Source: Camelus ferus
Taxonomy: Eukaryota
Length of the DNA: 64,000 nt
Direction: 5' to 3'
Assembly (NCBI RefSeq): GCF_009834535.1
Contig: NC_045696.1
Span: 16,990,001-17,054,000 of the forward strand
The notes under the pieces were generated by a model, which saw only the letters and a program-made list of their open reading frames with translations, did no database searches and had not been told where the DNA came from. Positions 24,269 through 38,778 of this stretch are shown here, one piece after another (position 1 is the stretch's first letter; each line of letters starts with the position of its first letter). The position numbers and the translations under genes were made by a program.

Positions 24269-26619
24269 GACTCTGTTTTAAATGAGGTTTTCTTGATTCA
24301 GTTTCACACTTCTATTCCTAACTCATAAGTACTTTTATCATGAGTATGTATCACATTTTATTTATCTTTTGCCTCTATTGACTGATATAGTCCTTCTCCT
24401 TTAATTTTTTTATATATTGAATTAGATAATAGATGTCCTAATGTGCAACCACCGTTTTATTTCTTTGGTAAATCTTAATGGCACTTTATTCTCTTTAGTA
24501 CAATACTAAATTGTAACTGTGACCATTCTATTGAGAAAGTGATATTTCCCACACTTGTATTTTGGGGGATGGTCTTTTTAGATTTGATATCTGAGTTATA
24601 TTAGTTTCATTAAATACATTGTGAATTACCACATATTTTATACTGTCACGTTTTCAAAGCTTTACCATATTGCCAATAAGACATTTAAAAAACCAACTTA
24701 CTTTAGTTTCAGTTTTGCCTAAGGACCCAACATATTGATAATGCATTCCAAAAGATAGATCTTGTAAGAGCAGATGTTAACAAACCAAAGTCTATACAAC
24801 AGCATGAAATAATCCTTTGGATGCCTGCAGTTTCTTAGCTCACATTCTGTACAATTGCATACCGTACACTTGCATGCATGTAGTGAACAGAATAATTACA
24901 AAAATATTACTATATTCAAGGCTGAAATTTGCCTTTTTTATGCTTAGAGGTAAGATATAAAATTAAAGTAATAAACTCCATGCTTATTCATAAAAAAAAT
25001 GTGTATTAACTGATGATATCAAAATAGAAACCTCAAACATTTGGTTGGAATAAAATTTCATTTATTTTAAACTGGACACAAAGACTTCCAGGTGTTAAAC
25101 GCCAGATACCAAAGCATGTGCCTTTTTCACACTGAATTTGCAACGTTTCATAGAACCAACACATATAGCCCACATCTCAGGAAACACCTGCTTTTACTAC
25201 AGAGCGCTTTGCCTCTGATTAAAGAACAGAAAAGTAAAGCTGATCACAGTTAGTATTCTTGGCACCATACACTTTAAAATAATTGTAACTTGGAACCACA
25301 TGACAGTAATTGAAAAATCTAATGGAAATATTAAGAACATTGAAGTGTTAGTAACAAAAAAAAAACGCTTTGTATTACAGTATGCTATTGTACAGTTTGT
25401 AGTAACAGGGACATGTTTCCAGTGGTAGGTCCACTTGTGCGTTGAATAGGCACCAGTATTTCTAATATTTCAAAAGTTAAAATTGTGATGTTTCTTTCTA
25501 TCACATTTAGTCTGTTTTAGAATCATCTTCCTAGTAGACCTGCTGTGGGAGTAAAGAAAATAGCCTTTTTCAGAGAAATGCATGCAAACCCACGCACACA
25601 CACACAAACACAGTTAGATGAGATGGTCAGTGACAGAGTGTAGTACAAGACATACATCTGTGAAATTCTCCTGGGGCCTAAGAGAGTCCATGTAGTACAT
25701 CTGGGGATGTAGTACTCACTTGCTGTTGAAGTCTTACTGCTCTATACTATATTATAGTATGCATTTCATGGTATTTGAACAAACAAGTAGTTCTAAACGT
25801 TGAATGATGTGTCTCTTATTATTTCTATGTATAATACTTCTCCCAGATAAATAATTACATCAACATTGAGTTTACATGTAGATTTACAGTGTTCCTCCTT
25901 GACTATTCATTCACACGTTTAATTCTTACCAAAGTGTTAGTAAAAGGATAGCTGACACAACATGTATGAGGCGTTTTGGGGAAAAAAGAAGCAAAACACT
26001 TCTGTAATTGCTGTTTGTTTGTGTTGATCTACAATTTGGCTTTATCTCATGAAGAAATGTCTCTTGAGGAGAGCAGATGTGAAGAAGTGCTCAGGCTTCA
26101 GGTGGCCAAACACAATGTTCCACTGTACGACACAAACCTAACAGATTCTAGAACAGAGACTGAGCTACAAGGGCTGTTTGTGGGCTTTGTTAAACGGGTC
26201 AATTTTTTAATTAAATTGATTACATAGATCACTTTTTGTCTAAACGTTCTAATTTGATTCCATGTTAATCTAGAGAGTTATAATGGAAATTTTACCATAT
26301 ACTTTCTAATGCTTAAATTAAATATGAACAATTATCTCCTGAATGTTATTCTGAAAATGAATCTAACATCTATAGATAACAATATCAGAGGGTAAGTTTT
26401 TCTTAGTGTTGAAAACACTTTTTCCACTTCAATGTTCGTATTATGGGATACCTATTTTTTTTTTCCCTAGGAGACAGAATACATTCTAGATTTACTGTTG
26501 AATTCTTCTTCCTTGTTTCCTTTCTAATAACACTTCCTCCAAAAAGCATTCTTTGATTACTTCACATAAGTCTCATATACAACAGGTTAAAAAGTCCTTT
26601 ATTAACAGAATTTCACCTC

Positions 26620-26760
26620 TCACTAAACTAAGCCCCATGAGGGCAGAATCTGGGTGTTATTCCCCCATCTCCAGGTTGTAATTGTGGGGATTAAAGGAGA
26701 TGACACATTTAAACCCTTATACTTGTAGTCATTCATTAAATGCTAATTATCATCATTATT
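26620..26760 (+). mobile_element. L2 tail fragment followed by a MIR 3' end
   Basis: CTAAGCCCCATGAGGGCAG (L2) and GTGGGGATTAAAGGAGATGA...TAAATGCTAATTATCATCATTATT (MIR). Confidence 0.5.
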
Positions 26761-27008
26761 GAAAAGTTGGTAGCACTTTAATAATTAATCCCTGATATAT
26801 TTATCTGAAAGGCAAATGTATAATTATAAATGTAATAAAAGAAACAAATAAATCATTTTATGGCTCTCTATCATCTGTGGAGTTATGAGTGACTCCTTGA
26901 GAAGGTGTTACTGAGTCAAGGATAACAAATTAAGGAAGGGTAGAGAGAGGAAGAATGTATAAAAATAGGCTTAGGTAACTACCTGCACAGAGATCTTGAG
27001 GCTGAAAG

Positions 27009-27575
27009 TGTTACCTTAAAAGGAAAAGAAAAAAGACCCCAGTTCTTGTCATACCCTAAAGATAAGATTACAGACAGGAGATGGAGAGCATTGTGTAGTG
27101 AAAAATTTTAAAGGATTTATTTAGGAAAAGAAAAGTTCACCTCCAAGAATGGGAGGGTGACTGATCCAAGGGGGTAAAAGCAGAGGTTGTTGCCTGTCCT
27201 TTCTCTTATGCCCTCACCTAGAGATGGTCTTTTGATTGATGGTTCTTGCCCCTGGAGTGCTTAGTCTTGTTTGGCCCCTTTGTGCGTGTCCTTATCCATG
27301 GCTTACACAGAAAAACCCACAGCGGGGTGTGTGGGGGGTAGGGGTGCTAAACCACATGCTAATTATATTACAATGAGCATTGGCTCATGTCTGCTTAAGT
27401 CCTTCCTCATTACAGAGTGGTTGCCGCTGTTGGGTTCTAACAGATTTCTTGTTGGCACTTATTTAGAAGAAGTAAAGTCCCTTTATGCTGGAGTGGGCAT
27501 AAAGCCATCTTTCGGACCATCTTTCCTCTCCTCCACCTATCTGTCTAGTGCACTCGCTTATCTAACTACCTAACA
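27009..27575 (-). mobile_element. ERV1 solo LTR inserted in an L2-like remnant
   Basis: TGTTA...TAACA inverted termini, TSD AAAG/AAGG, minus-strand AATAAA at about 27120. Confidence 0.8.
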
Positions 27576-29269
27576 AAGGGAGATGGCATTGTACAGAATT
27601 TTGACAGCTACATGTTAAGTACTATTACTACAGACCACGCATATATGACATATTAATTTATATTCAGCTGTATTTTCAATGAGAGGAGGAAACTTGTTCA
27701 TCTTATGCCTTTGAAGTAGTAATATTCTACCCAACAATTAGCACAAATTTTTAGCAAAAGCTTTTCTCTCCGTAAATAATGATTGAAATATAATTTTACA
27801 TACACATGCACATACACAATACTTACAATAAGACTATTTGAACATTTAGGGGAAAATCGTGCTTTTGGCTGCTTATTTAAGATAAGCTGTTGAAAGGGGT
27901 ATAATTAACAGAGGATCTGAGCACGTTGGTCATTTAGAGATGACTGAGGTAAAAGGGAATTTCAAAAAATATATAAATATAATGACAGCAAATATTGTGC
28001 ATTTCAATTTTAATATTGTGTTCAAACTTACATATTTTATTTTGTGCATTATGCACATACATAAACAAGGCATTATTTGTGGGTTGAAGTTGGAAGTATT
28101 AAGATTTAGAAATGTCCGTACTATCAAAATCAATTTTTTTAGTGGCTGCTGGAAAGAGGTAAATGAATTAATCTCTAGGACCAGTTATTATAGGGAGTCT
28201 AGTGGTTTTTAGCTGCTTCTTGGACATTGTGACTAACCATTTGAAAGCATTTTAGAGAAGATGATGTGTTTTGTTACTTCTTTTCTCCCTTATTTTGGGC
28301 TAAGCCAATTATTCCTAGTGAGTATTGTTGAATAAAATATATCATTACTCTGGATAAAGGAAAACACGAAATGGGGAATGGAATAAATGTCTTCCACTTT
28401 ATTCCAATAGATAGTGCTTTATACTCTTGACCCTAAATATTTGGCCTGGGCAAACTTATGTTATATCGTGGTTTTAAGGATTCATCCAAGTGACAGAGAA
28501 CACCTTTTATGAATTTAAGACTTGTTTATTTGAAAGATATTATGTAGAAATCATCTGTTTTTAGATAGTCAAAGTTGTCCATACACAATATTTCTACTAA
28601 ATAGTTACTCATAAAAATAAATTGAATACAAGCTTGTGCTTAGGAATTCCATGAGTATTTATGTGTAGTTTTATAAAAGAATTGTAGTACTTTTGACTGA
28701 AGAAAAAGGCTATTATATTTCTAGACTTTGTGCCTTGATATCAGTTTTGTATGAGGCTATTTTGGTAAAATAATATTTTCCTTACCATATGCCAGGATAT
28801 AGAAAAGGTAAAGCTGGTAATGATGAATAAGTTTTGCAAGCAAAATGATAATTCCTAGCCATATTTTTAAAAATTGGAAAATACCTACTGATATTAAAGC
28901 AAACCAAATAATATGCCACCCAACATTTTTCTGTTATTCCTATAAATAATAAATAAAGCAGAAATATTTTAGAAAGTTGAAATGTTTTTAAAAAATTAGT
29001 CTAAATCCTATTTTTAAAAAATACAAATGTTAAAATATAAATTGTGTGTATAGTGTATATTTTTTATGTAATGTTTTTGTTCTTTCTGATTGGTGCAATT
29101 AAATTAAAAATCCAATAAAATATAAAGCATGCTAAACAAAAATATATACATTTCAAGAACATTTTTAAGAGTTATTGAAATTCATTTAAAGACTGGTTTT
29201 ATTTGCTTTTACTTCCCAACAAATAATCAATAAAATTACACTGTATTATATTCTTATAATATTGAAAAT

Positions 29270-29480
29270 ACATTATATTTATATGGTACTGAATAGGTTC
29301 TAAGATGCTTTTTCATGTATTTAATCCACTTACCACTTAACTCCTTTATCAATATGCTAGGAAGGCATTAGCTGTCTCATTTTACATATAAAGATAACAA
29401 TGTTCAAAGAAGCTCAAAGCTGCATGACTGATATGTAGTAAAATTAGCACGTCAAGCTATGTTTTCTGACAGTCCTCATT
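29270..29480 (-). mobile_element. MIR SINE (degenerate)
   Basis: TTCTAAGATGCTTTTTCATGTATTTAATCC...TCTCATTTTACATATAAAG, the MIR core in reverse orientation. Confidence 0.5.
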
Positions 29481-30689
29481 GCTTCCAAAAGCCACTTACA
29501 TGTTTTACAATATGTTCACAAGTATATTACTTTTATATGAACTTACTCATTCTTACTCATTTTTAGAACAAATAGTCTTGAAGCATTTGACAAGCTGCTG
29601 ACAATGACACGGATCACAGCATTTGATACTAATTCCCTTGGATATCATGTGAGACTAAGTCAATTTAAAGAAAAAAAGGAAGAAGAAGCAGGGTCAGTTT
29701 TTTTTTTTTTTTTTAATTGTAACATTTTGGTTAAGATTTTTAGGGAAAGAAGCAAGATAAGCCACATATTATTCCAAAATAAAAGGACATCAGGTCATCA
29801 TAGTTGGGTCTTACAGCATCTTTAGGAAGTTAAATGGTGCAGCTACCATATATATATATGTCCCTAATTCTTGCTGTAGGTAGAGAAATGAGGAGAATTA
29901 TTTCCATATGAAAAGTTACTATTTTTAAAAATACCTGTCATGCCTAACTACAAGTATGGTCACTGTAAGGGTATTAGCTTAATTTGATCAAAAGCGTAAA
30001 GAGAAATAAAAATTTTAATTATAATATCACATTCATAAACTATAGTTCTTGTTTCATTAACTTTCTCTTCTCTTGATGATTAAAAGAGACACTGAGGTTT
30101 AAATATGAAAATAAGATTTTCTATTTTTAACTCTCACTAATAATTTATTATCTTTTAAATGCTAAAATTCATGTATTTTTTAAGAAGTGAATTAAATGGG
30201 GGGAAAAAAGCATATTATATATAGAACAGGAGGAAAACAACTCTGGTTTTCTACATCAAACAGACCCTCAGTCAGAATACTATTGTGTATCTGGCTTGGC
30301 TTGAGGCTATTACCTAAATGGAAAGAAAAATGTATTTGTAAAAGATGTTTTTTATACAAAAATCTGCATTTATATATTCTGTAGGTAACATTTGCTACTT
30401 AGATTACATGGAAACAGATGTTATACAAATGCATAGTTCTGTCATTGTTCATGGATCAAGAATTTTTATGTCTATGATTGGAGTTTTTAAATATAATAAA
30501 AACAAGAATCTTCCTCTCTTCTTACCCAGAATGTTATACATTATCCTACGTGGTTCTCCCTTAGCTATAATTACGACAAAGTACTTATATTTTTGGCCCA
30601 AACTTTGGTCTAAACAAGGCTAGTAGATGTCCTCACACAAGGCACATTACATGAAATCGACTGAATCAAATGTTCTCTCTTCATGAACA

Positions 30690-32835
30690 GGATCCACTTG
30701 GGCTGTCATGCTTTGTTTCCGTTCCTCGTATTTTGATCATTTGTCCTTGGGGGACAAGGAAGGGAAATGTTCCTGCGGGAGAAGAGAGTGGTGGTTGTGG
30801 GGGGATCTCTTTGTGCCTGTTTGTGGGTGGGTAGTGATAGGCCAGGTCATGGATGAAATGTGAACTCAGTACTAGAAAGAGAGGGCAGAGAAATGACCGT
30901 GAAGAATTCCTAAGGTAAGAAGGCTAAGAAGGGTTGACACTAGAGAATTACCCATAAAGTCATCTCAGTCCTGGAAAGGACGTAGTCAGGATCCAGAATA
31001 AGGGAAGACATAGGTGTTATGGTGCCTAGGAATTGGGAACAGAGGCAGAGTTTATAAAATAGTAAGGATAGAGATGAGCTTTGAAGGCTTCAGAGTCCCC
31101 TTTCTTAAGTCTGTGGGGATTACTTTATTCCCAAAGCAGTACCATTTACCCCTCACCTGTCCCCTACTGCTGGATGCTTTGTTTAAAGTTCTCATTCCGG
31201 CACTTTTAGTCTCTCCTTGCTTTTCTGCCTCTGCCATGGTGATAATGAGTTCTGAAACATGCTGGTTCTTTGTGTTTCACCTCCATTCACAGGCTTGTAA
31301 CAGTTTACTTTTTTCTTGAGTTATCTCCCCAGCTCCTAATGCCTGATCTTTCTTCAGTTGATCTGAGTTCAGGACATTCCTACAACTTGTACTCAGACTC
31401 AGCATGGCCAGCATGGAAAATGAGCTAGATCATTGCTTGCACAAGACACATACACATGCATGAACACTCACACCTAGTTCACCAAAATCACTTCTGTATA
31501 GTCCCCTTTATGGTCTGCTATCGCTCACCTTCAATTGTCAGCTTCTAGGAAAACTGTTTCCCTACATACTTGAATACATGCATATAGTTTTCAATCTTCT
31601 TTGGAGTCAGTGAGATCTTGGTCTCACCCTTCATCATCTTTTTTCTTAGAGCATCTCAAGCTGAAGTAGAGGGTTAATGCAGTGGGGGAGGGTGGCTTGC
31701 AACCAGAAGCAGATGCATTTACACTTAGTTTCTAATGTCTTATTCAAACATACTAGAGCCCTCTATTGGTCTGTGAGGGCAGCATTAGTAACACTGCCTA
31801 TTTCAAGTTTGAAGATCCTTTGATTCAAAATGGCAGCCACACTGTTCTATGGCTTGGGGACAAGGAGTATGCTCCCTCTGGGTGACTGGGGTTTGGCTCA
31901 CACACCTGTGACATTTTTCTAGGAGTCTACCTTAATCTGGGGGCATTTGCTCCTATATGACCAAGATACTGTCTCTTAAATTTTTCACAACTTTCTACAT
32001 AAGATTTAAGGGGGGTTTTCAGGGTAAACAAGTATGAACACAAGAATATATCAAGAGGCTGTCTCACATTTCAGTCTTCCACCATCACTGGATTTATAAA
32101 CCCAACCCAAGGCTATGAGAACTTAAGGAGTAAAATACTAGGCCACCTTATTTATACATTTTCTGTGAGAATTTGTCTCTAAGGGAAATATTCCCAAGAA
32201 AGCCAAAGTGCCCTTTTGGCAGGCAAGATTCACTGTACTGAAATTCTGAGACCCTTGAGTGTTACCTCTTAATAAATCTAAGGAGTGTGGGAGGCTCTGA
32301 GACCTAAGATGTCCCAGCTGTTGCCATTTGTCCTTCATAAGCATTTCATTCTTTGCCCCACTTTTCCCAAGAGAACCAGTGAAAGTTTGATCACGTGCTT
32401 GCTTTCGGCCCATAGCAGTCTTAAATCCCATACTTTTATATTCAATGTAGGTGCACATCTTTGTAACCCCATTTGAAAAGCGTTCAGATTTTCTGCCTAT
32501 CCTGGACAGATCTTGATGTTAGTTGCCACAATGTGGTGGACCTGAGGGTGACCTAGACTTGGTGACAAGAACTCCCTCCTCATAGGACAGTGAGCAAAAC
32601 CAGGGCACCGTGATTTTTTGATTCTGCTTCCTGGCATTTGGTTTGCCATCTGTCCAATTTCTCCTCAGTTGTAGTCAATAAAATCAAAGACTACTTGTGT
32701 CCCAGTTGACCATACAACATTTTCACCATTAATTTCAACAGATTTCTCTCAAATCCTCTCAAACAGTTTACATGGCTTTCATTCTTCCTCTTCCAGAAGG
32801 TCACGCACTTGCCAGTATCATATTCATTGCCAAAA
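30690..32835 (-). mobile_element. Degenerate ERVL-like internal region (gag-side remnant); left boundary uncertain
   Basis: GC-richer block whose minus strand begins TTTTGGCAATG (PBS-like) right after an LTR terminus; frameshifted WLLLTVL-like gag motif at 32581-32608. Confidence 0.45.
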
Positions 32836-32836
32836 G

Positions 32837-32910
32837 TGTCCCAAACTGTCCCAAACTGTGAAGGGTCTAAGATTTTATCCTAGTTGTAAACTAATTTGTA
32901 TGTGCCATAA
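32837..32910 (-). mobile_element. ERVL LTR 3'-terminal stub (MER76-like)
   Basis: Minus strand GGATAAAATCTTAGACCCTTCACAGTTTGGGACA resembles the MER76-type LTR end; the terminal 10-mer is duplicated. Confidence 0.55.
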
Positions 32911-35634
32911 ATTGAATATATTACTTTTCTTCTATTGTGGATAGACATGTGATTTTCATGGGTATACACACTTTGATGATTTTTTGAAGACATTACATAG
33001 ATATCTTCAGCATATAGATCAGAGTGACAGCACATAGATCATGTTGATGACAAAGCTACAATTTGACAGGTTTGTCTTCTTGGCACTGATACTGAAAGAA
33101 AAGTAGATTACTCTCTCAGTGTTAAACTTATAATTTATATAAACTGGAATAGGAATGCCTGGATCTATTTGTATGTAAACAATGCATGTTAGGTAAGTCG
33201 AATCTCCAATAAAATAACTTTAATGTTGCATTTATTTATAGGAAAAGAGGATGGGTCCTATAAAGAAAATAATATAAAATTCACTCTTTTGATGTATAAC
33301 TAATGGTACTTGTTCAGTAGTTTTCTAGAAAATAATAATACCTGATATTTTCCCCATAATAACTGCTCACAATTGGTATCTTTTAGTGAGCAAAATAATT
33401 CAATGTATTCAAATTTCTCCATTTTTTGCTATAAAAACTAGAAACTTAGTTTTAGAAAATGCATAAATATGTAAAATGCCCTTTATTGAACAACTGATTA
33501 GAAAGAATCCATTTTATTTGATGTGCTGTCTATTTGGAACTATGCTTGTGGAAGCAGAACAGTTTCATCGGAGGCATTAATAAGATGTTACCCCTTGGTA
33601 CCTGGAGGTGAACATATAATAGGTCTGCCTTCAGAGAAACATTTCGGAGATCATCTGGTGAGTGAGCTAATTACTCACTTGAAGACATCTCACCTAATTA
33701 AATCCTACATAGGAATTTTCCAGGGTATTACTTTTGGGAAATAAAATGCTTCTTTAGTGTATTGTTCTTTGTTTCTTAAATGAAGACAGTTAGACTCAAA
33801 GGACACTTTGGTAATGAATCTAGAAGATGAATGCAGTGCATTGAGTTTGCACTACATTGTTGACCTTCTTATCAGAGCGAGTTTTGCTGCAATAAGCACG
33901 TTTGCATTTTCCAAAGTAAAGTATATTAGGTCACTGACTCTCTTAAGTGCACATGCAGAAGATGAGTTAACATTTGAAAACAATTGTTAAAGTTTCAAAT
34001 ACATTATTAACATAGATATTTCTTTACTTGGATCTTACAAAAAACACAAAAAATTTGTTATCAAAATAATGGACGCTCAAAGCTATTATTAAAGGGGTGG
34101 CCGACTTCCTAAAATATCTGATTCCATTTTAATATCCTTTTGTCTCGGACTCAACACATGGTATCTGAGAGAGGTAAGAAATCATTTCATAGGAAGTAGC
34201 CAGAGAAGCAGAAACAATATGAAATGAGTAAATGGCCAAAAATGTATTAATTCAAGACATACCAATATGTTAATGGATATACACAGGTCTCTTCTTTTGT
34301 TTAGCAGACTTCAGATTAATATCTGTGATTCATCTACCCCAGAAAGCATAGTTTAGAACACTATTTTGTAAGATTTAGAGGAGACACATCTACTAATCAT
34401 ATTAATTATTTATGAAATCATGCTGTGGTCACATAGCTATCACTTTTAAGGAGCTTAGTAAAAAAAGTTTACTATATTTTTGATATAAACATATTTTCTA
34501 GAGATTACTATTTCTACTATGATATTTTCTCATTTGGATGTAATAAATCTAAGCTTGATCTTGTAATACAAAGAATGCTGATAGGACTTTCTGGCTAAGC
34601 ATGTTCATAGATTCATTCTATATGTGCTGTCTGAGTGGTCACTGATCAAGTGTTTTCAGAAGAGACAATTTTTTGAAAAGGAGAGAGTGAGTCTTTAGAA
34701 TGGTTGGTTAAGGAAGGCTGCTAGGAAGCATGCTTTACTTGAAGGGAAAGAGGGACCTCTAAACTATGGGAAACCTCCCTACTTCTCCAACTCCAAATGT
34801 AAAGTTAGATCTAGAAAACCAGAAAACTTAACTGGTTATTCTAGAAAGCTGCATTCCTCAGAATTTCTGTTTTTTGTGTGTGTGTGCTTTTTATTTTTTT
34901 AATCACAAAAAAACCTCCACATGACCCAAGTTTAAGTACTCTGAAGGCAATATCAGATGCGTGTATTCATTCCTCATGCCTTGAAATGCTGCTGATCTAC
35001 AAAGAAGAAAAAGGAAATCTTGTCCTATTGGATACTTAGTAAGCATAGATGTTCCTGCATGAGAAAGGTCTATTAAAATAAATTTGTGGTTAATGCATAT
35101 GATGCTTATTTTAATAGATAAATAAGCCCATACTCCATAAAAGTAATGGTGTTTCATTTTGTACTTTTTTTACAGATTGAGAATTTACATTGTACTATTA
35201 TAAGTTCCAGGATGGTAACAATCATTTGCTGAAATGAAAGCACTCGAATGTGCAGCTCAATAGCCATCACTTCATAATTAACCACTTTTTTTTCATTAGT
35301 TTGCAAAGCATTTTACTAGTATATTGTACTTTACTAGTCAATTACATAGAATCTTTTCTATTATTCTTTTGATGATCATTATTAAGGGCTGCTAAAGTAT
35401 ATTAAACATCCAGATAATATTAGTATTTCAATCCAATTTATTCCACTTTCTGCAGTTATATTTTAGCAAAATGTATTTCACACAACAAAAAGAAACTGGA
35501 TATTGGAATTCAGTTTGAAGTGAAAACTTGACCCTTAACCTAAATCATGGCTGACATATTGAATTAACACGGTTATCCTCTAGCTGTCAAAAGGTGAGTA
35601 ATAAAATAGCTAATGCAATGTTTCTTTAGTCACC

Positions 35635-36290
35635 CTATATTTATTGAGAGCTTATTATGTGTTAGAAACCATGTCAGACACTGGCCATGGAGCAGGGACC
35701 AAAACAGACAGAAATTCCTTCTCTCACAAGGTCAAGAAAAGGTTTGGTGAAAGAAAAACTTTAGTCAAAAGCTGAAGGAGGTGCTGCATGACTATATGGG
35801 AGGCGAGTTTTCATGTACAAGGAAAAATATGCACAAGTCCATGAGTCATCAACATACCAGTTGGTTACAAGCATGGAGTCAGTGTGGCTTCTACAAACAC
35901 GAAGAAGGGAGACAATACTAGCATACTTTAAAAGATGTACAGGGATAAGATCACATAAGGCCTTGTGCTCAACTGTAAGGACTTGACTGTTGCTATGATA
36001 GGTTGGAAAACCACTGGATGATTTTGAGAGATAAGGTATGTCTTCTGCTTTAACTGAATAGCTCTTGCTATTGGGAGAGTACACTGAATGGACGATGAGG
36101 GCAGAACAGAGAGACCAATTAGTAGGCAACTAAAATAAAGATGATGGTGGCATGAAGCAGAGTGGTACAGGTGGAAATGAGAACGTATGGGCACATTTTC
36201 AAAATATGTAAAGGCGATGTCAGTAAGACTTGATGACATATGAGGCATGAAGTAAGAGATAGAGAGAAAAGACAAGGAAGCTAAAATTTT
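35635..36290 (-). mobile_element. LINE-2 3' fragment
   Basis: TATTTATTGAGAGCTTATTATGTG...CAAAACAGACAGAAATTCC...GGAAAACCACTGGATGATTTTGAG...AGATGATGGTGGC. Confidence 0.8.
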
Positions 36291-36599
36291 CTTGTTTCCA
36301 CTTTAATTTTCAGCTATTTTAAGAAATATATTCAAGGCTCTTGGAAGTTGTACCATGTCATATCCCCACAAGTTATCTCACATTTGTGTAGTGCAGAGTC
36401 CTGAAGAGGGTTAAAGATCCATTTTCACTTCCTTGGCAAAGATTTTTGTTTATCCTTTTTAAGTGTGTCCTGTCAAAATGTTGTGCTTGAAAACCCATCC
36501 GCCTCGCCCTTTCTCCCAAGAGAATTCTAACCTTTATAGGAGACTTAGTAATAAACGTAAATTCTTTATCTATCAGGGTATATATCTTACTCTTTATCT

Positions 36600-36830
36600 T
36601 TATCTAAACACTTACATCATGCTTACAAAATGGCAGGTACCATATCTAATTTATAGATAAACTTTATCACTGATTTAGTCATTACAGTGACTCTTAAGGT
36701 AAGTGTAGTAATAATTCTTAATTTACAAATTATCAAACAGGTGCAGAAGACTTGAATGGCTCACCAAGGTCACTCAACCAGGATTCAAAAGTTTTTGAAA
36801 AGTCCTCGCTATTCTCTGCTCTCTACATAC
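36600..36830 (-). mobile_element. MIR SINE (degenerate)
   Basis: AATTTACAAATTATCAAACAGGTGCAGAAG...CCAAGGTCACTC...CAGGATTCAAA. Confidence 0.5.
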
Positions 36831-37115
36831 CCGGTGCTGTTTGTACCTATTAAAATTACCTAGAAAATTTCCTGAGCAGCCCGTACATTTCCAAAAAGTG
36901 ACAAATAGAACTAGCATAAGAAACTTAACATATAAATGCATTTTTTAAATTAAAGACACATTTTGGAAGTATATAATAGAACAGCTATAATTTTAGATTC
37001 TACCTCTCATGCCTTGATTGGAATTAAGGTGAAAATAAGTATTTTTTTTTTGACATTGTGTATCCTAAACCAACTATTTTAAACTCCCTCTGGGATACGT
37101 ACATTCAGTTATTAG

Positions 37116-37242
37116 TACAATGGCCATATAGCTTTCTTATCAAACTGGGACAGTTTTGAGAGAGAAAAGGAATGGTATTGAAGATTATTCTGGGACAGTA
37201 AGTGTCAATAAGGATTTTCCTGAGCAAACTCCAGTCACCTTA
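37116..37242 (+). mobile_element. MER81-like hAT-Blackjack MITE
   Basis: TGGCCATATAG...AAACTGGGACAGTTTTGAGAG...CTGGGACAG...GCAAAC...GTCACCTTA follows the MER81 layout. Confidence 0.7.
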
Positions 37243-38299
37243 GTAATGGATCTATGTACACCTAGTAGAATGACCTTATTTCTCTGACATACACTGATAG
37301 TTTCTCTAATTAAAACAATTTATTTAGGTTTTCTGATCCTACACAGTACATTTTTGGAAATACACTTTTCAATTTACAAAGGTAAATATTTATTACTCCA
37401 GTAAACTAATATCTATAATTGAATACTTTTTTTTCCTAATTGTTTTGTTAAATTTCCTACTATTGTAATTGTATTAATTATTCAATCACTGGGTCAAGAA
37501 TATAAGAAAATCCATGGGACCTCACATTGTGAAATGAGAAAACGATCTCCAGCTTTGACAATCAGGATTTCAAGATCTCTTTTATGTTTGTTTTCTAAAA
37601 TTGTCCTCTTTTTTTCCCAATGTTTGCAGTAAGCAGGGTACACTTAGCACAGCCCTGTGGCTCTGGGTGAAAAATTATGGGTATGTAAGTAGCTGTGTGC
37701 TTTTTCTTTTCTTAGCAATGTGATTTCCAAACTCAGACAGACACTTTTCCCTCACTACCTTTCCTGGGCAGTAGAATGATCCAGTACCTAAAGCCTGACT
37801 CTGGTCATGTTACTGGCCTGCTCTGATGGACTCCCAGCACCTACAATACAAAGTGTGACTTCTGACCCTGGTTCCAGGGTACTAACTTACTCATTCTCAT
37901 TGATTCTACGGTAATATATTTTCTCCTATTTTGACATTGGTGATCCTAAGGAGAGAATCACAACCAGAGTTTGTCTGGCAGCAGTTGTGGTGATACACTC
38001 CACATTTCCTGCCTGCTCTTGCTCAGTTTGCTTGTATCTGCTCCTATTGTCAGCATTTATATGATCTAAGTGGAAACAAAATAGATTTTTGTAAGTTAAT
38101 ATGACATATCTAAGTGATAGAAATTTATGATGCCATACTTTATTTGGAAGCATAAGTTTTGTTTAAAAATGGATATGTCAATGATGCCTTTTAAAATCTA
38201 TGTATCTTAAATTTGATGGAAAGCTTGCAGAGTTTCTTTCAAAAATGCTTTTATTCATTTACCTCATACCTATGAAATATTTTCCTCCATTATAAATAT

Positions 38300-38778
38300 C
38301 GTCAGTAACAATATCACATCTCATACCTCTTGATATGATGCAATGGGAATAACACTGCATAATTTCTGTGCTGTGTATTAGACAAAGGCAAATGGATGGG
38401 AATTCTATGCAGTAATTGACCAATAATATTCAATAATTTCAAAGTCATGAAAGACAGATTGAAGAACCATCCCAGATTGGAGGAAAATATGGAGACATGA
38501 CAACTAAGTACAATATGTGATCCTGAATTTGGCTTCTGGGACTCAAAAGGGAACTTAATATTATATCTGGTGAAATTTGAATAGCATTTCTAGATTGGTT
38601 AACAGTATCATATATATTACAGTATTGTAAGTCAACAATGTTAATTTGTTCTTTTTTATAATTCTTTGGTTTTATAAGGTATTGCCTCATGGGGAAGCTG
38701 GATATGTAAATGAACTCTGTACTATTTTTGCAACCTTTTTGTATGTATGAAATTACTTCAGAATGAAAAGTTAAAAAA
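38300..38778 (+). mobile_element. Old LINE-1 3' UTR (L1MC4/5-like)
   Basis: GTCATGAAAGAC...CCAGATTGGAGGA...GACATGACAACTAA...GAACTCTGTACTATTTTTGCAAC...AAAGTTAAAAAA. Confidence 0.75.

Noticed and set aside
33600..34180. Consensus donors CTG|GTGAGT (about 33657) and GAG|GTAAGA (about 34172)
   Set aside because: No convincing matching acceptors or coding frames.
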